From NCBI RefSeq assembly GCF_009914755.1, contig NC_060930.1: DNA of 64,000 nucleotides. The stretch is one strand, 5' to 3'. The translations under genes were made by a program, and so were the position numbers. The DNA is from the human T2T-CHM13v2.0 reference genome, Homo sapiens. Below are positions 1-12,635 of this stretch, piece by piece (position 1 is the first letter of the stretch; every line of letters starts with the position of its first letter). Under the pieces are notes generated by a model. That model saw only the letters and a list, made by a program, of their open reading frames with translations, had not been told where the DNA came from and made no database searches.

Positions 1-192
1 AGGATCGCTCAAGTCCAGAAGTTCCAAGGCTAGCCTGGGGCAACATAGTGTGACCCTATGTTTAAAAAAAATAAAAAATAAAAAACTGTCTATTTATCTA
101 TGAGTGATTATTTGTATCCTGATATTGTACAGACTTTCTCCTCCTCATAGCAACTGTGCTAGTTGTTTCCATTTCACAAAAAAGATGATTGA

Positions 193-511
193 GGCCAGGA
201 ATGGTGGCTCACACCTGTAATCCCAGCCCTTCGGAAAGCCGAGGAGGGTAGATCACCTGAGGTCAAGAGTTTGAGACCAGCCTGGCCAACATAGTGAAAC
301 CCCATATCTACTAAAAATACAAAAAATAGCCAAGCGTGGTGGTATGCACCTGTAATCCCAGCTATTTGGGAGTCTGAGGCAGGAGAATCACTTGACTGGG
401 AGGCAGAGGTTGTAGTGAGCCGAGATCCTGCCACTGTACTCCAGCCTGGGCAACAGAGTGAGGCTCCATCTCAAAAACAAAACAAAACTAACAAAAAAAC
501 AAATAAAAAAA
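193..511 (+). mobile_element. AluS-type SINE
   Basis: Dimeric Alu with A-tail; AGATGATTG repeated in both flanks. Confidence 0.93.
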
Positions 512-562
512 GAGATGATTGTGGCTGAGTCTCTGTAGCAAATAAGTGAGACCCCCTATATC

Positions 563-923
<361 letters not shown>

Positions 924-1851
924 TAATACAATGCTCAACCTAGCTCACAGCAAGGTAAGTGGGTGGAACTACAATCCTGCCACTATTACTGTTTCTATGG
1001 TCTTTAAAAATTCTTTTGACATAGTTTATATTTGTTTTCTATTTCATTGCTAATCTCACTCATTCAGCCCAACAGTGTTTAACGTGTGCCCAGAAGAGAA
1101 GCTCAAAGATGGATGTAGTCTTTTTGTCCCCACGGAATAGGAAGTGATAGTGAGGGGAGAGGCCCACATAACCAGTGATTTTGTGGATTCATGCAGAGGT
1201 GGGCCCAGAAGCAATGAGGAAACTAGGTATCAAGAAAAAAAATTAGCACTATGGGTATACCATGTAACTTTATGGCAATTTCTGCCTTCAGTTAGGAAAT
1301 ATCTACACATAATTCCTCAGTTTACCAGGGGAAATCAGAGGGGTGCATCTGGGTATCTCAATGTTAGGAAGCAGAGGGCATGAGAGTGTCTCTGTGAGAG
1401 GACGGAAGTGAAGCCTGGAGGTAACCCTAGCGAGAGGACTGTGTGGGGAAAGCACAGGCTCTGGGAGGAGCACACCTTACCTGGGACTCTGGCTCCCTAT
1501 AGGCCAACCATGCATTCCTGACACTTGCTGGAACTCTCTGAACCCCAGTTTTCCCAACTATAACATAAAATGTCATACTGTCTTATAAAGTTTCACAGAA
1601 TAATTGTCATCCTTAATTATCCACTAATTCATCCAATAATTATCACACATGCATACACAGACATTCAGTTACCTTTTGTTGAATGATAGGGAAGGAAGCA
1701 AAGAGAGGGAAAGAAGAAGGAAGGGAGGAAGGGAGGAAGAGGGGAGGGAGGGAAAGGCAGGCTGGGGTTGTCTTTGACAGTTTATCTCAGTGCTTCTGTG
1801 ATTGTAAGCATCAGAAGTTTTCTCCCCTTACCTCCCCTTCTTAAGCCTTAC

Positions 1852-2033
1852 CTTTGGAATGCAGTAATTTTTAAATATATTTGTGGTTGTTGCATGGGAT
1901 AAGCTTGTGGGCAGAATGTTAGCAAATCTTTGTACTTCTTAAATGACAGCATCTGTGTGTGTCATTTGAGTTCGGTGTGCAAGTCAAGATTGGGCCGATA
2001 CCACAACTTTGGTGATCTCATTGTGGACCTTTT
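1852..2033 (-). pseudogene. CYP2AC1P: CYP2AC1P exon 7 (two in-frame stops)
   Basis: aaccag|AA ... AAG|gtaagg; 182 bp; KVHNEITKVVVSAQS*LAHRTQMTHTDAVI*EVQRFANILPTSLSHATTTNIFKNYCIPK; TGA at 1984-1986, TAA at 1939-1941. Confidence 0.92.
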
Positions 2034-2406
2034 CTGGTTAAAATGGAATTAAACTGTTTAGAGTCTGGGCTGGGAGTGGGTGTTGGAACATTTTCTTTAC
2101 TTGCGGAAATTAAACCCAGTGTTCTTCCAATTTTGGTTCATTTTTTCCCTGCACTGCTTCCACCTCTCGGCCTCTATTCCTAAAGCTCTTCTGGGAACCT
2201 GCACGTTGTGGTGCCTTCAGAGCATCTTAGGATGCTTAAAGAGCAAAATCTACTTTCTTATATCGAAGGGAAACTAAAGATACAGACTATCCTCAAGGTA
2301 CAGATTACAGGTTACCCTCTGTGATTATAAAATTCTGCATTTGTCCAGTCCAAGAGATTTCTGGTTTCTCTCTTTCAGACAAAGCTCAGAATCTTAGGAG
2401 ACTTAC

Positions 2407-2548
2407 TCTGGACCTCAGGATATCTCATCACGAGCAAAATTCCCCAGTGCAATGTGGAGGCTGTGGTCTCTGTACCTGTCGTGAACAGATTATTAACAAG
2501 TGTCACCAACTTTTTATCACTGAAATAGTCAGCAAATGTGTCATTCTC
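2407..2548 (-). pseudogene. CYP2AC1P: CYP2AC1P exon 6 (I-helix)
   Basis: tttcag|GAG ... A|gtaagt; 142 bp; ENDTFADYFSDKKLVTLVNNLFTTGTETTASTLHWGILLVMRYPEVQ. Confidence 0.93.
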
Positions 2549-3129
2549 CTGAAAGAGTAAAATGAACCACCGATGAAATAATTTTGTAATGGATAACCAT
2601 AACAAGTACCTTATCATTGATTTAAAAAACAAAGCATTACGTTTTCTCATCAATTGAGTGGAGTTTTTTAATTATACAAATATAGTGAAGAATTTTAGGA
2701 TAAAGCACATTCCAGAATACATAATTCTAAAAATGAGCAAGGCTGTTTGCCACTTGGAAGGTGGGAAATTAGTTTTAATTGAATGATTAGAATATTGCCA
2801 GCAGTTTCTTAAACAAATTTTAATTAAATAATTTTTCTCAGGTTTGCCAATTTAAATATTTCTCAAGGCTGAGAAAAAAATATTAATTCTAAAAACTAAC
2901 ACATGTGAGATCTTCTGTATGTTTTGTTTTTTTTTCAGAAAGTGATATAAAATGTGGTGGGGAATATTCAAGAATGTAAAATGTAATAAATAGCATTATT
3001 TGGAGTGTACAAATTACCAGTAACTTGAGTAAAGTAATCTTTCTTCAAAAGAAATGTTTTTCCTTCAGATGCTATTAAACCAAATGATAAAAAATAGGCT
3101 ATGGAAACCTCTAAAGAAAAAAACATGAG

Positions 3130-3303
3130 CTCCTGCTGTGTTACCAAAAAGACATCAGTGAAATTTCTTGGATCATTTTTGTCAAGTTTATGATGGTGAT
3201 CTAGAAAGGCCATCCTTATAAAAGAAAACAACTCATCTCTATTTCTGAGTATGGTCTTATGACTTTTTAGGAGAAACCCCAAAACAAGAAACATATTGAA
3301 AAG
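3130..3303 (-). pseudogene. CYP2AC1P: CYP2AC1P exon 5 (donor reads CT instead of GT)
   Basis: ttttag|CTT ... GAG|ctcatg; 174 bp; LFNMFLVLGFLLKSHKTILRNRDELFSFIRMAFLDHHHKLDKNDPRNFTDVFLVTQQE. Confidence 0.88.
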
Positions 3304-3419
3304 CTAAAAGAATAATTTTAAAAAGTAATTAAATATACATATGTACAACTTGTGACAATACAAAGAACATTATTTCTGAAAGGATTATAGAAATAGCACC
3401 TTGAATTTTACCTCAACTA

Positions 3420-3461
3420 TTAGGTTGGAGCAAAACTGCAATTACTTTTGCACCAACCTAA
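3420..3461. mobile_element. MADE1 (Hsmar1 mariner MITE), internally deleted
   Basis: TTAGGTTGGAGCAAAA...TTTTGCACCAACCTAA inverted termini flanked by TA. Confidence 0.85.
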
Positions 3462-4302
3462 TAACAGTGGCAGACTGAACTAGATGAGATTTCCTCAATT
3501 TTTGGAATTAACTAACCTACAATGAATACTGATATGGCTTACACTAAGTTCTATGTACCCAGAGTATTTTGTATGTTATTCCTGTGGCAATAGCTCTAAT
3601 TAGAGGTTAGATGGGGCATGAAAATAATATTGGCTTTATGTTAAGAGCTATAAATCCAAGTGTTTTTCTTACAAAATCCTGGGTGATTGCAGGTGAACAA
3701 TCAAACTATTTTAGTTGTACATAACACCATAATCTTACCACTACTGTCTTCTGTAAGATCACAAAAACTAAAAAGTTTATAATGGACTTACTATTCACAG
3801 GTCCTATAGAGCAGCACTACTTAATCTAATATTCACTGATTCTTAAAAAGTTCAGGAAGGACTTTATTGTTTGCTAAATTTTGTGTTTGTTAATATATTC
3901 AGTTTTGGGGAGATAGGGTCTATGTACTTAGTCGTATTTAGTCATATTCTCAAAGGAGTTCATGAGCCTTCAAATGACTTAATAAACCAACATAAAATGC
4001 CCTATCTAAAATTAAACAGTATAATTGTCTGTTTCAGGGTTGCCAAGCACCTGTATTTAGAGTAAGTCTATATTTATAGTAACAGAGCCTAAATTATTAC
4101 AAAGTGAAGTAATATGGTTGTCAGTGATGCTATTCAAAATGAAATCTATTTGAGAAGGCTCTTTTTTCCTAGATTCTAGAAGACAGTGACTTTATCACTC
4201 ACAATGATAAAATATTGAATTTTAGCACTATTGTGAAATTCTATAGCTCAGAATAAATACTAAAGTTTTATTTAGCACTTATGGTTTTTTGTATTTGGTA
4301 GT

Positions 4303-5195
4303 TGTCGGGGATCAGAAAATAATACCCCGAAATGAAGGCCTCAGAAGCAGCCTCAGAAGCATAAGTTTTTCTCTGACCCTCTCCTATCAGTCCCCTTCTC
4401 TCTTGAGCCTAGCCATAGAAACTAGAACCCCTTTTCCACAAAGCCAGAGCACCTCAGGATGCTTGAAGAGCAAAATCTACTTTTGTGTGTGTGTGTGCCC
4501 TGTCACTCATGCTGGAGTACAGTGGTATGATCTCGAGTTTGAGCGATTCTCGTGTCTCAGCCTACAGGTGTGCACCACCATGCCCAGCTAATTTTTGTAT
4601 TTTTAGTAGAGACATGGTTTTGCCATGTTGGCCAGGCTGGTTTCGAACTCCTGACCTCAGGTGATCCACCCACCTTGGCCTCCCAAAGTGCTGGGATTAT
4701 AGGCGTGAGCCACCACACTCGGCCCAAAATCTACTTTTGGTGGGAGAATTATCAGATGTGTTAACCAAACAAGCCCTAAACCTAAAAATATTACTCAATT
4801 TTTCCCTCTGCCTTTCTGTGTAAAAGCTAGCCATAAAGAAATTATCTGACTCATCTTGTTTGACTGTAGGTCATAAGACTCCCATTCTAGAGAGGGTCCT
4901 GCCCATACCCAAGAGGAAGGAATGCTGCTCAGAGAGGCCAAGAGGAGTCTAGACAGGCCTGCTGGGTTTCCTCACTCTGTCTGTTAGCATTAGAACACAC
5001 TCTTATTGTATCTCTCTAATAATTATTGAACAAAATCATAAAAATGGACAATTTCTCCTGTGTCTTTGGGTCTTCTTTCTGAAGGCACCAGTGTATACAT
5101 GTTTTTGCCTTTTCTCCACAAAATCTAGTTTTTTAGGGTTGATTTTTCAGCAAAACTTCAGAGAGCAAAAGGGAAATTTTCCCTTGGCCCATACA
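4303..5195 (+). mobile_element. MER39-like ERV1 solo LTR, copy 1, carrying a non-LTR insert and a nested Alu
   Basis: TGTCGGGGATCAGAAAATAATACCCC...CCCATACA; collinear with the second copy at 16572. Confidence 0.8.
4485..4724 (-). mobile_element. AluS-type SINE with internal deletions
   Basis: TSD CAAAATCTACTTTT at 4471-4484 and 4725-4738. Confidence 0.92.
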
Positions 5196-5571
5196 TAAAT
5201 CGTACTTTTTACTTCATAAAATTCACTCTCCTCAGTGAATTCTATTGAGTGTTCCTTGTTCACTCATTGCTTTTACCACATTCTGTGCTTAACTAGCAGT
5301 ATAGGTAGAAGGTAGCCAGAATTATAAGAACTTACATGTGATATTGGTGGGATTCACAATCCCTGTATCATAATTTACTTGATGTACTATTTTATGAGGG
5401 GAGAATTAGCAGATGTGTTAGCCAAACAAGCACACCACTTCTGTGTACTCAGAATGTTCCAAACAAGCATACATTTGTGAAATAGCAATTCTCTAATGCT
5501 TTTTCATAGTCACTTTTAACAATCAAGTGTACCTCAGAGAAATTAAAAGTGAATAGCAATGATACAGTTAC

Positions 5572-5731
5572 TGCAATTCTAAGACCTCCAGTGAATTTCA
5601 CATTTTCACCAGTCAAGGCTAAGAGTCTCAGGAACTGGGAGTCTTGTAGTCAAACCATTTTCCAAGCAACACTAATACAATGATCTTAGCAACAGAAGCA
5701 TTCATTATTGTTTTGATTTCAAAAGGCTTTC
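5572..5731 (-). pseudogene. CYP2AC1P: CYP2AC1P exon 4 (-1 frameshift)
   Basis: cgtag|GA ... GCA|gtaact; 160 bp versus the usual 161 for CYP2 exon 4; KPFEIKTIMNASVAKIIVLVLLGKWFDY / DSQFLRLLALTGENVKFTGGLRIA with the shift near 5644. Confidence 0.88.
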
Positions 5732-6364
5732 CTACGAGATAACTCATTAATCAAGTTAGGAATATTAACATATACAGTATTAAACCAGTTCTAGACTGAT
5801 TGGGACATATTGTCAAGGAAAGGATTTTATAAAAGAAAGGGATTATTGATGACTATAATTTTCAAGGAGAGATGAGACTTGAACAGGCCTTGAAAAATAC
5901 CCAGAATTTGTTCAAAAGATTGCCACGAGGAAAACTAAAACTATATGTCAAAGGAAACCTGCATTTGGTTTAGCTAAAGAAACAAAAATGTGCCAGATGA
6001 GGGCATTTTAGTGCCTGTGTAGTGTGTGTGTCTGTATGCAGCTTGTGTGTGTGAGTGTGTGTGTGTGTGCATGCATACACGTGTGTTTGGGGGCGGATGG
6101 GTAATGCATAATATCTGGGAAAATGTCACTTCAAACTAATAGGCTGCATTCAAGTTTAAAATAGGACATCTAGATGATTGAAATGGTTTCATTTAAAAAT
6201 ACTTCATCCAGGGCAGCTCCCTGTTTTAATTTCCCCTGTTACTGCATCGTGTTTTTCTCAGCATCATTAAAGACTGTTTAGATTACTTAACATATCAGTG
6301 AATGGGGATACATTTGTAAGTGAAGAGCATTGTAGTTGCTAAGATTTACTCTTAAAATCATCAC

Positions 6365-6680
6365 CTGGGTGGTCACAGCGGCTCACACCTGTAATTCCAG
6401 CACTTTGGGAGGCCAAGGCATGTAGACCATTTGAGGTCAGGAGTTCGAGACCAGCCTGACCAACATGGCAAAACCCTGTGTCTACTAAAAATACAAAAAA
6501 TTAGCCGGGTGTGGTAGCACATGCCTGTAATCCCAGCTACTCTGGAGGCTAAACAGGAGAATCACTTTAACCTGGAAGGCCAAGGTTGCAGTGAGCTGAG
6601 ATCATACCAATGCACTCCAGCCTGGATGACAAGTGTTGAATTCTATCTCAAAAAAAAAAAAAAAAAAAAAGGGGGAAAAA
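6365..6680 (+). mobile_element. AluS-type SINE
   Basis: Dimeric Alu with poly(A). Confidence 0.92.
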
Positions 6681-7132
6681 GAAGTCATCGCCCACCTTAA
6701 ATGTAGAGGCTGAAAGCCTAGGGGAAGTCTAATGGAGAATACATTTTCTTTTTCAATACAAATGGGAGAGCTTGGGGAAAGCTGTGTAAACGAAGCCCTG
6801 AGGAATTAATGTGCATTAGGAGTTTAACACTGGGGGAGGAATAGTCATTTTTGTGTATGTAATTCCTCCAAACTGCCAAGACCCACTCTTTCTAAACATA
6901 CAGGTACTGCTAATTTAACACATGAGTTCTTGAGTCCTTTGTTTCTCATCTCCATGTATTCCCAGGTTGTCTACCTTTGATCATTTCACTTCATATTAAT
7001 TCTTGCATCAAATTAGCTCATTTTGAATAAGGAATGAGCTCAGTTTAATGAGGAAATGAGTAAAACTCTTGACATGAAAAACGAGATTTTTAGATTGTTC
7101 CTCCCATATATTGCTGAACATAATATGGCATT

Positions 7133-7513
7133 TGATATAGTTTGGTTGTGTTCCCACCCAAATCTCGTCTTGAATTGTAGTTCCCATAATCCCCACGTGT
7201 CGTGAGAGGGACTCAGTGGGAGGGAATTGAATCATGAGGGTGGTTTCCCCCATGTTATTTTTGTGATAGTAAGTTCTCATGATATCTCAGGGTTTTATAG
7301 GGGGCTTCCCCCTTTACTCTGCTCTCATTCTTCTCTCTCCTGCTGTCTTGTGAGGAAGGATGTGTTTGCTTCCCCTTCCAACATTATTGTAAGTTTCCGG
7401 AGGCCTCCCCAGCCATGCTGAACTGTGAGTCAATTAAACCTCTTTCGTTTATAAATTACCCAGTCTCAGGTCTTGGGTATGTCTTCATAGCAGCATGAGA
7501 ATGGACTAATGCA
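7133..7513 (+). mobile_element. THE1D-like solo LTR in CYP2AC1P intron 3
   Basis: THE1 termini, GTCAATTAAACC poly(A) motif, TSD GCATT/GAATT. Confidence 0.88.
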
Positions 7514-8107
7514 GAATTAATTCCATTTATTATGGAAAAGGATCAGAAACACACTCATTACTGAGGAATTGTTCTAGATTAAAGGAGGGAAAAGAAACAT
7601 GACAACTGAATGCAATCATAATTTAAGATTTCCTTTTGTTCTTAAGAATACTATTGGGACAATGGCAAAATCTGCATAAGATCTGCAGATTAGATGATAA
7701 TATGTTAATGCTGATTTTCTGATTTTTGAGAATTGTATTGTGTTTATGTAGGAGGATGTTTTTACTTATTGTTAAGAAATATTAAAACATATAGGAATAA
7801 AGGCAAAGTATTTCTTCAAAGTACTCTCAAAGAGTTCAGAAAAAATAATATAGATTACATAGGTAGATACATAGACCAAGAGTGAGAGAGAGAGTGAGAA
7901 AGAGAGAAAGAGAACATGTACAAATGTAAAATGCTGATGTAGAGGATATTGGAGAAGAGTAGAATGGTAGTTGGGGATTATTTGTATATTCTTGGAATTT
8001 TTCTATAAGTCTGAAATTATTATCTTGACAAAATAAACAATTAAATATATCTTTTGTTGACTTCTTTCTGATGAAAAATAAGACATGGTTTTATTTACCC
8101 TACACAC

Positions 8108-8257
8108 CTCTGTGAAACTCAAAGTTCTGTATGAGATTCTGGCATTCCTCTATAATTGTGTCTTCTATGATCCACTCACCCATTCCAAAATTTCGTAAGG
8201 TGGTCAAGCTGAACCGTCTCATAGTTTTCCAGGTTTCACCATGAGAGAAGGCAATTC
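8108..8257 (-). pseudogene. CYP2AC1P: CYP2AC1P exon 3 (open frame)
   Basis: ataag|GA ... G|gtgtgt; 150 bp; GIAFSHGETWKTMRRFSLTTLRNFGMGEWIIEDTIIEECQNLIQNFEFHR. Confidence 0.93.
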
Positions 8258-8356
8258 CTTATAATGAAGGAAATGTCCTTAAATTATTACTTCTAAGCTT
8301 TTTAAAATTTAATTTTTAAGTACAAGTAAAAATTAAAAATATAGGTAAATTCTCCC

Positions 8357-9006
8357 TGTTGAAAATAAAAGAAGAAACTTCTCCCTCTCTCCTTTCTTTA
8401 CTTAGAGATTTTACTTTAAAAAACTTTGCAAGTACTTCCTCTTCTCTTTGAAATGTTCATAAATCCTTTTGAAAACAAGATAGTTTTTTAATCAGCTTTA
8501 TGACCCAAGAATGCCTTTCTCAGGGACTTGGGGACAATCTTTTTGAAATATAAACATCAAAGGAGATAGCACCCTATCTCTCAGTTTCCATGTGAGGTTA
8601 GGAGCCTAACTTCAGTGGGTACTTCCTCAAGTTGCAAAACTACCTCTTGTCACAAAGAGATGATAAATTTATTTTTCCTTTTTATAAAGCCAGTTAACAT
8701 AAATGATCATCTCAATTGCCAGGTGAATCTAGAATAAATGGTGTGACAAATAGTGCGGTCAAGTCCTCTTATTTAAGGACTAGTTTTTGTTTATCTTGAG
8801 AACATGTATCTAATGGGTTGCATCTGATTGGCTATATGAGAGAGTGAGATTTCTTTGTGTTTTTGCAGTCTTTTAGTGGATAGTGATACACATTATTCTG
8901 GTTTAGTGCTTCTTCAATAATGAAAGTGTTTTCTCTCTGCATTACTCTTGTGGAGAAGATTTCTGGGTTGGGAGAAGATTTTGTTTTTATTTACATTTTC
9001 TCAACA
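8357..9006 (+). mobile_element. Unassigned ERV-type solo LTR ~100 bp upstream of the CYP2AC1P exon 3 acceptor
   Basis: TGTT...AACA termini, LTR-like composition. Confidence 0.5.
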
Positions 9007-10221
9007 CATTCGATAAAAAATTATTGATTACCTGCTATATGCTTATATCGTGCTAGTTGCAGTTAATCAGTTGATGAACAATAGCAAAGAAAGTAATTTT
9101 TGCCAGGGAAAAATGCAGTCTAGCAGACATAAGATTACCCAAGTAAAAACTTAGAAATAAATAATTACCAAGAAGTATAGTCAAATTTCTACATCAGTGC
9201 TATACATACTAATATCTAGAGAAACATTGTTATAGCACATAGATGCTCAATAAATATTTACTGAATTAACAGATATGTGAATCTGTGCATAGTTAAAGGA
9301 AATAAAAATGATCACTCAAGCAAAGTTTCTCAGAAAAGTTGGAGCAGATGCTAACACTTTATAGAAAAATAAGGAAAGAGAGTGTTGCTAAGGTTGTTAA
9401 CATATTTTCATGATGAAATTTGTGGTAAAAGTGACATTATTCCTTCTGTGTCAGTCCTAGCCCCAGATCTTCTTTCATTTGCACTTTCCCACATTTTTCT
9501 ATAGAGTTACAAAAGACATGGGAGGATGTTTTAAATTTGATTGGTAACCAGAAATAGAAAACTAGAATAGACTAAGGCAACTTAGGTGTTAGAAATGGGA
9601 TAATATGGTCTCAACATGAAGGAATAGAAACTCCAGAGTTGCTGTTGCCACCTCATGTCAGGTCAGGCCTTACTTTGAAAGGATACCAATGAAGGATTAG
9701 ATTCTGCTCTCACTGAATTATTGGATTAGTATAATATTACTCTGTGAATCATGTATTACATAAAACTCATTCATAACAAATATGTAACTCTTCAGACTAT
9801 CTCATGTTTATATTTAAAATTTTACATTTTAGAATACAGTATTAGGACATTAAGGGCCCACAGAAGTCATTGTATCTTTCAGATAATAAAATATTCATGT
9901 AATCACGGAGAACATTAGTTTAGTATCATGAAGGTTTGAACTTCTTTTAAATATTGGCAAAGAAGCCCTCAATATATTTAAGATTTTTTGATTATCCTCA
10001 TTATTGGTTGTATTTTATACTTCTTTGCATGCCTGGTAATCTTTGATTTGCCATCAGACATTGTGAATTAAACTTTGTCAAGTACTGAATATTTTTATAT
10101 TTATATGACTATTCTGGCACTTTATTCTACAATGACATTAAATTATTTGGAAACAGTTTAATTTGGGTCTTGTTTTTTATGATTTGGTAGTCATTTTCAG
10201 AAATGTCTTAGTCTTGGGCTA

Positions 10222-10518
10222 ATTTTTTTTTTTTGAGACGCAGAGTCTTCCTCTGTTTCACAGGCTGGAGTGCACAGGCACCATCACTGCTTACTGCAAC
10301 CTTGACCTTCAGTGCTCAAACAATCCTCCTACCTCAGCCTCCTGAGTAGCTGAGACTATAGGCATGTGCCACCATGCTCGGCTAGTTTTTAAATCTATTG
10401 TAGAGATGAGGTGTCACTATGTTGCCTAGGATGGTCTCAAATTCCTAGCCTCAAGCGATCCTCCCACCTCAACCTCCCAAAGTGTTGGGATTACAGGCGT
10501 GAGCCACCATGCTTGGCC
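10222..10518 (-). mobile_element. AluJ-type SINE
   Basis: Reverse-complement Alu; TCTTGGGCTA in both flanks. Confidence 0.9.
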
Positions 10519-12239
10519 ATCTTGGGCTATTTTTCACCTCTGAGACAAGACCTTTCTGAGTATTTTACACAATACCCCATGAATTATGAATTTTTCTTCT
10601 GGGTGGTGGTTACAGGCACTATTATTTCCTGCCCTGTTAAATATCAGGCACTAATCCCTCTAATTCTTTTTGGTAGTGCTTTCCCTGGCCTCAGGTAGTT
10701 CTTTCCACATGCATACACTAAATAGCATTTTGCTGAATACTTGAGGGACTCTTATTCATAAGGGTCAGAAGGGTTCTTTCTGTGTACAGTTCTCTCTGGT
10801 TATCTGTTTTGCACACTTCAACTGTACTGTCTCCCTGGATTCAAAGTAATGCATTCTCAGCTCAGGAATGTGCTGGGCTGCCACTTCCTGCACCACAACC
10901 TAAAAACTTTCATAAGGCAGTAAGTTGAGAAAATAGTAGACGTTACCTCATTTGTTTCACATCTTTCATGGATAACTGTGCTTTGTTACCTGATGTCCAA
11001 TGTCTTGCCATATATTATTTTCCTATTTTTGTTTGTTGGTTTGGTTCAAGTGGGAGGGTAAGTTTGGTTCCTACGAATACATTTTAGCCAGATGTGGAAG
11101 TTGGAAGGCCTGTAAAATATAGTACGTGAAAATATAAACGATAGGCAAAAGAGTGTATAGTTTGATCTCAATTACACAAAGGAAATCAAACATTTGTTTG
11201 TTTATGTATACTTTTTAAGGATCTAACTAAACTGTAGTCGTAGCAACATCTGTTAGGGAAGAAAAGGGCATCGGTCTGGTGGTAAAGGAAAGGGAAGCTA
11301 TCACTTGTCATTTTGAAAAATAATTAATACTATTAGAATTTTTGCCATATACTTGCCATATATGTGTATTATTTTCATAATTTAAACAATTGGAAATTAA
11401 AAAAATCATCTCAGAGTTAAGGAAGCTGTGAAGAAAACTTGTTTGTTTTTTCTTTCTAATTCATGCTAAGTTAAGAACTTGCTTGTGTTTGTGTGTGTGT
11501 GTATGTGTGTGTGACTGTGAAATATGGCAGGTCAGGGGTTGGGTGTTAATTCTGGGGAGAAGTTTAATTTGTCATGCCTGCAAATTAATGGAGCATAGAG
11601 AGTAATCCTTGAGACATATAGTTTTGATAACATATAATTTTATTGTTTATATTAACATACTACTTATGAGTTTATCACATACTTGCTTATTATAAGTACT
11701 TATGTGTATGTACAGAATAAACACAATAAGCCTATGAGATTAGGCATTGTTACCATCATCCTTGGTGAGAAAATGGAAATAAGTAAACTTTCTAAGGTTA
11801 CGTAACAAGTAAAAGACAGAGTTGGGATCCAAGCTAGGCAGCCTGGCCCCAGAATCTACACTTTGATCACAACATTTTACTCTTTTCATAGTTGTTTAAG
11901 TGTCCTTCATGACAACCATTTTATCTTGAATTTAAGTGATAATCACTTAAGGTGCTATGACTAGAATTGGCTGCAATGTCAGGATGTAAAATAAGCAGTA
12001 ACTGGCCATGAGCTTCAGTGTCTGAAGGTCCAACCCAAGAGATAGATTCTGCAGGCAAAAATGGATTTTAATACTATTCTAGGGCCTGGTAACCATGGCA
12101 CCATTATATAAGTTTCTAAATAGGCAGGGGAAATTAAAGCAAGAAGCAATAGGCTAAATATACATAAACCTGGTAACATGCATGATTGGAAACAGGAGGC
12201 AGTTGGGAGAGCCTGGAGAATTCCTTAGGTCAGACAGAG

Positions 12240-12635
12240 TATACATTAGTTTACTGAGTCTGTCAAAACGAAGTGCTACAGATTGACTGGCTTAAACAAC
12301 AGAAATTTGTTTTATCTTAAGTCTGCAGGCGAGAAGTTCAAGGTTGAGATGTCCACATTGTTGGATTCTTCTGAAGACCTCTCTTCTTGGCTTATCCATG
12401 GTCTCCTTCTCCATGTCATCAAATGGGTCATTTTTCTGTGTGTGCTTCTATCCTAATTGTCTCTTCTTATAAGGATATCAGTCATATCAGGTTAGGACCC
12501 AGACATATGACCACATGTAACCTTAATTACCTTTTAAAGACTCTGTCTTCAAATACAATTACAGGAACATTCTGAGTACTGGGTGTTAAGATGTCAGTAT
12601 ATGAATTTTGGGGGAATGCAATTCAGCTCATAACA
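12240..12635 (-). mobile_element. MLT1-type MaLR LTR
   Basis: GGCTTAAACAACAGAAATTT and AATTCAGCTCATAACA motifs. Confidence 0.7.

Larger units (their letters stand above)
1852..8257 (-). pseudogene. CYP2AC1P: Unprocessed cytochrome P450 family 2 pseudogene, exons 3-7 (exons 8-9 presumably left of the window; exons 1-2 not found)
   Basis: Five exons with CYP2-typical sizes and phases, WxxxRRF C-helix, GTETT I-helix and ExxR motifs, several inactivating lesions; position next to RHAG. Confidence 0.9.
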
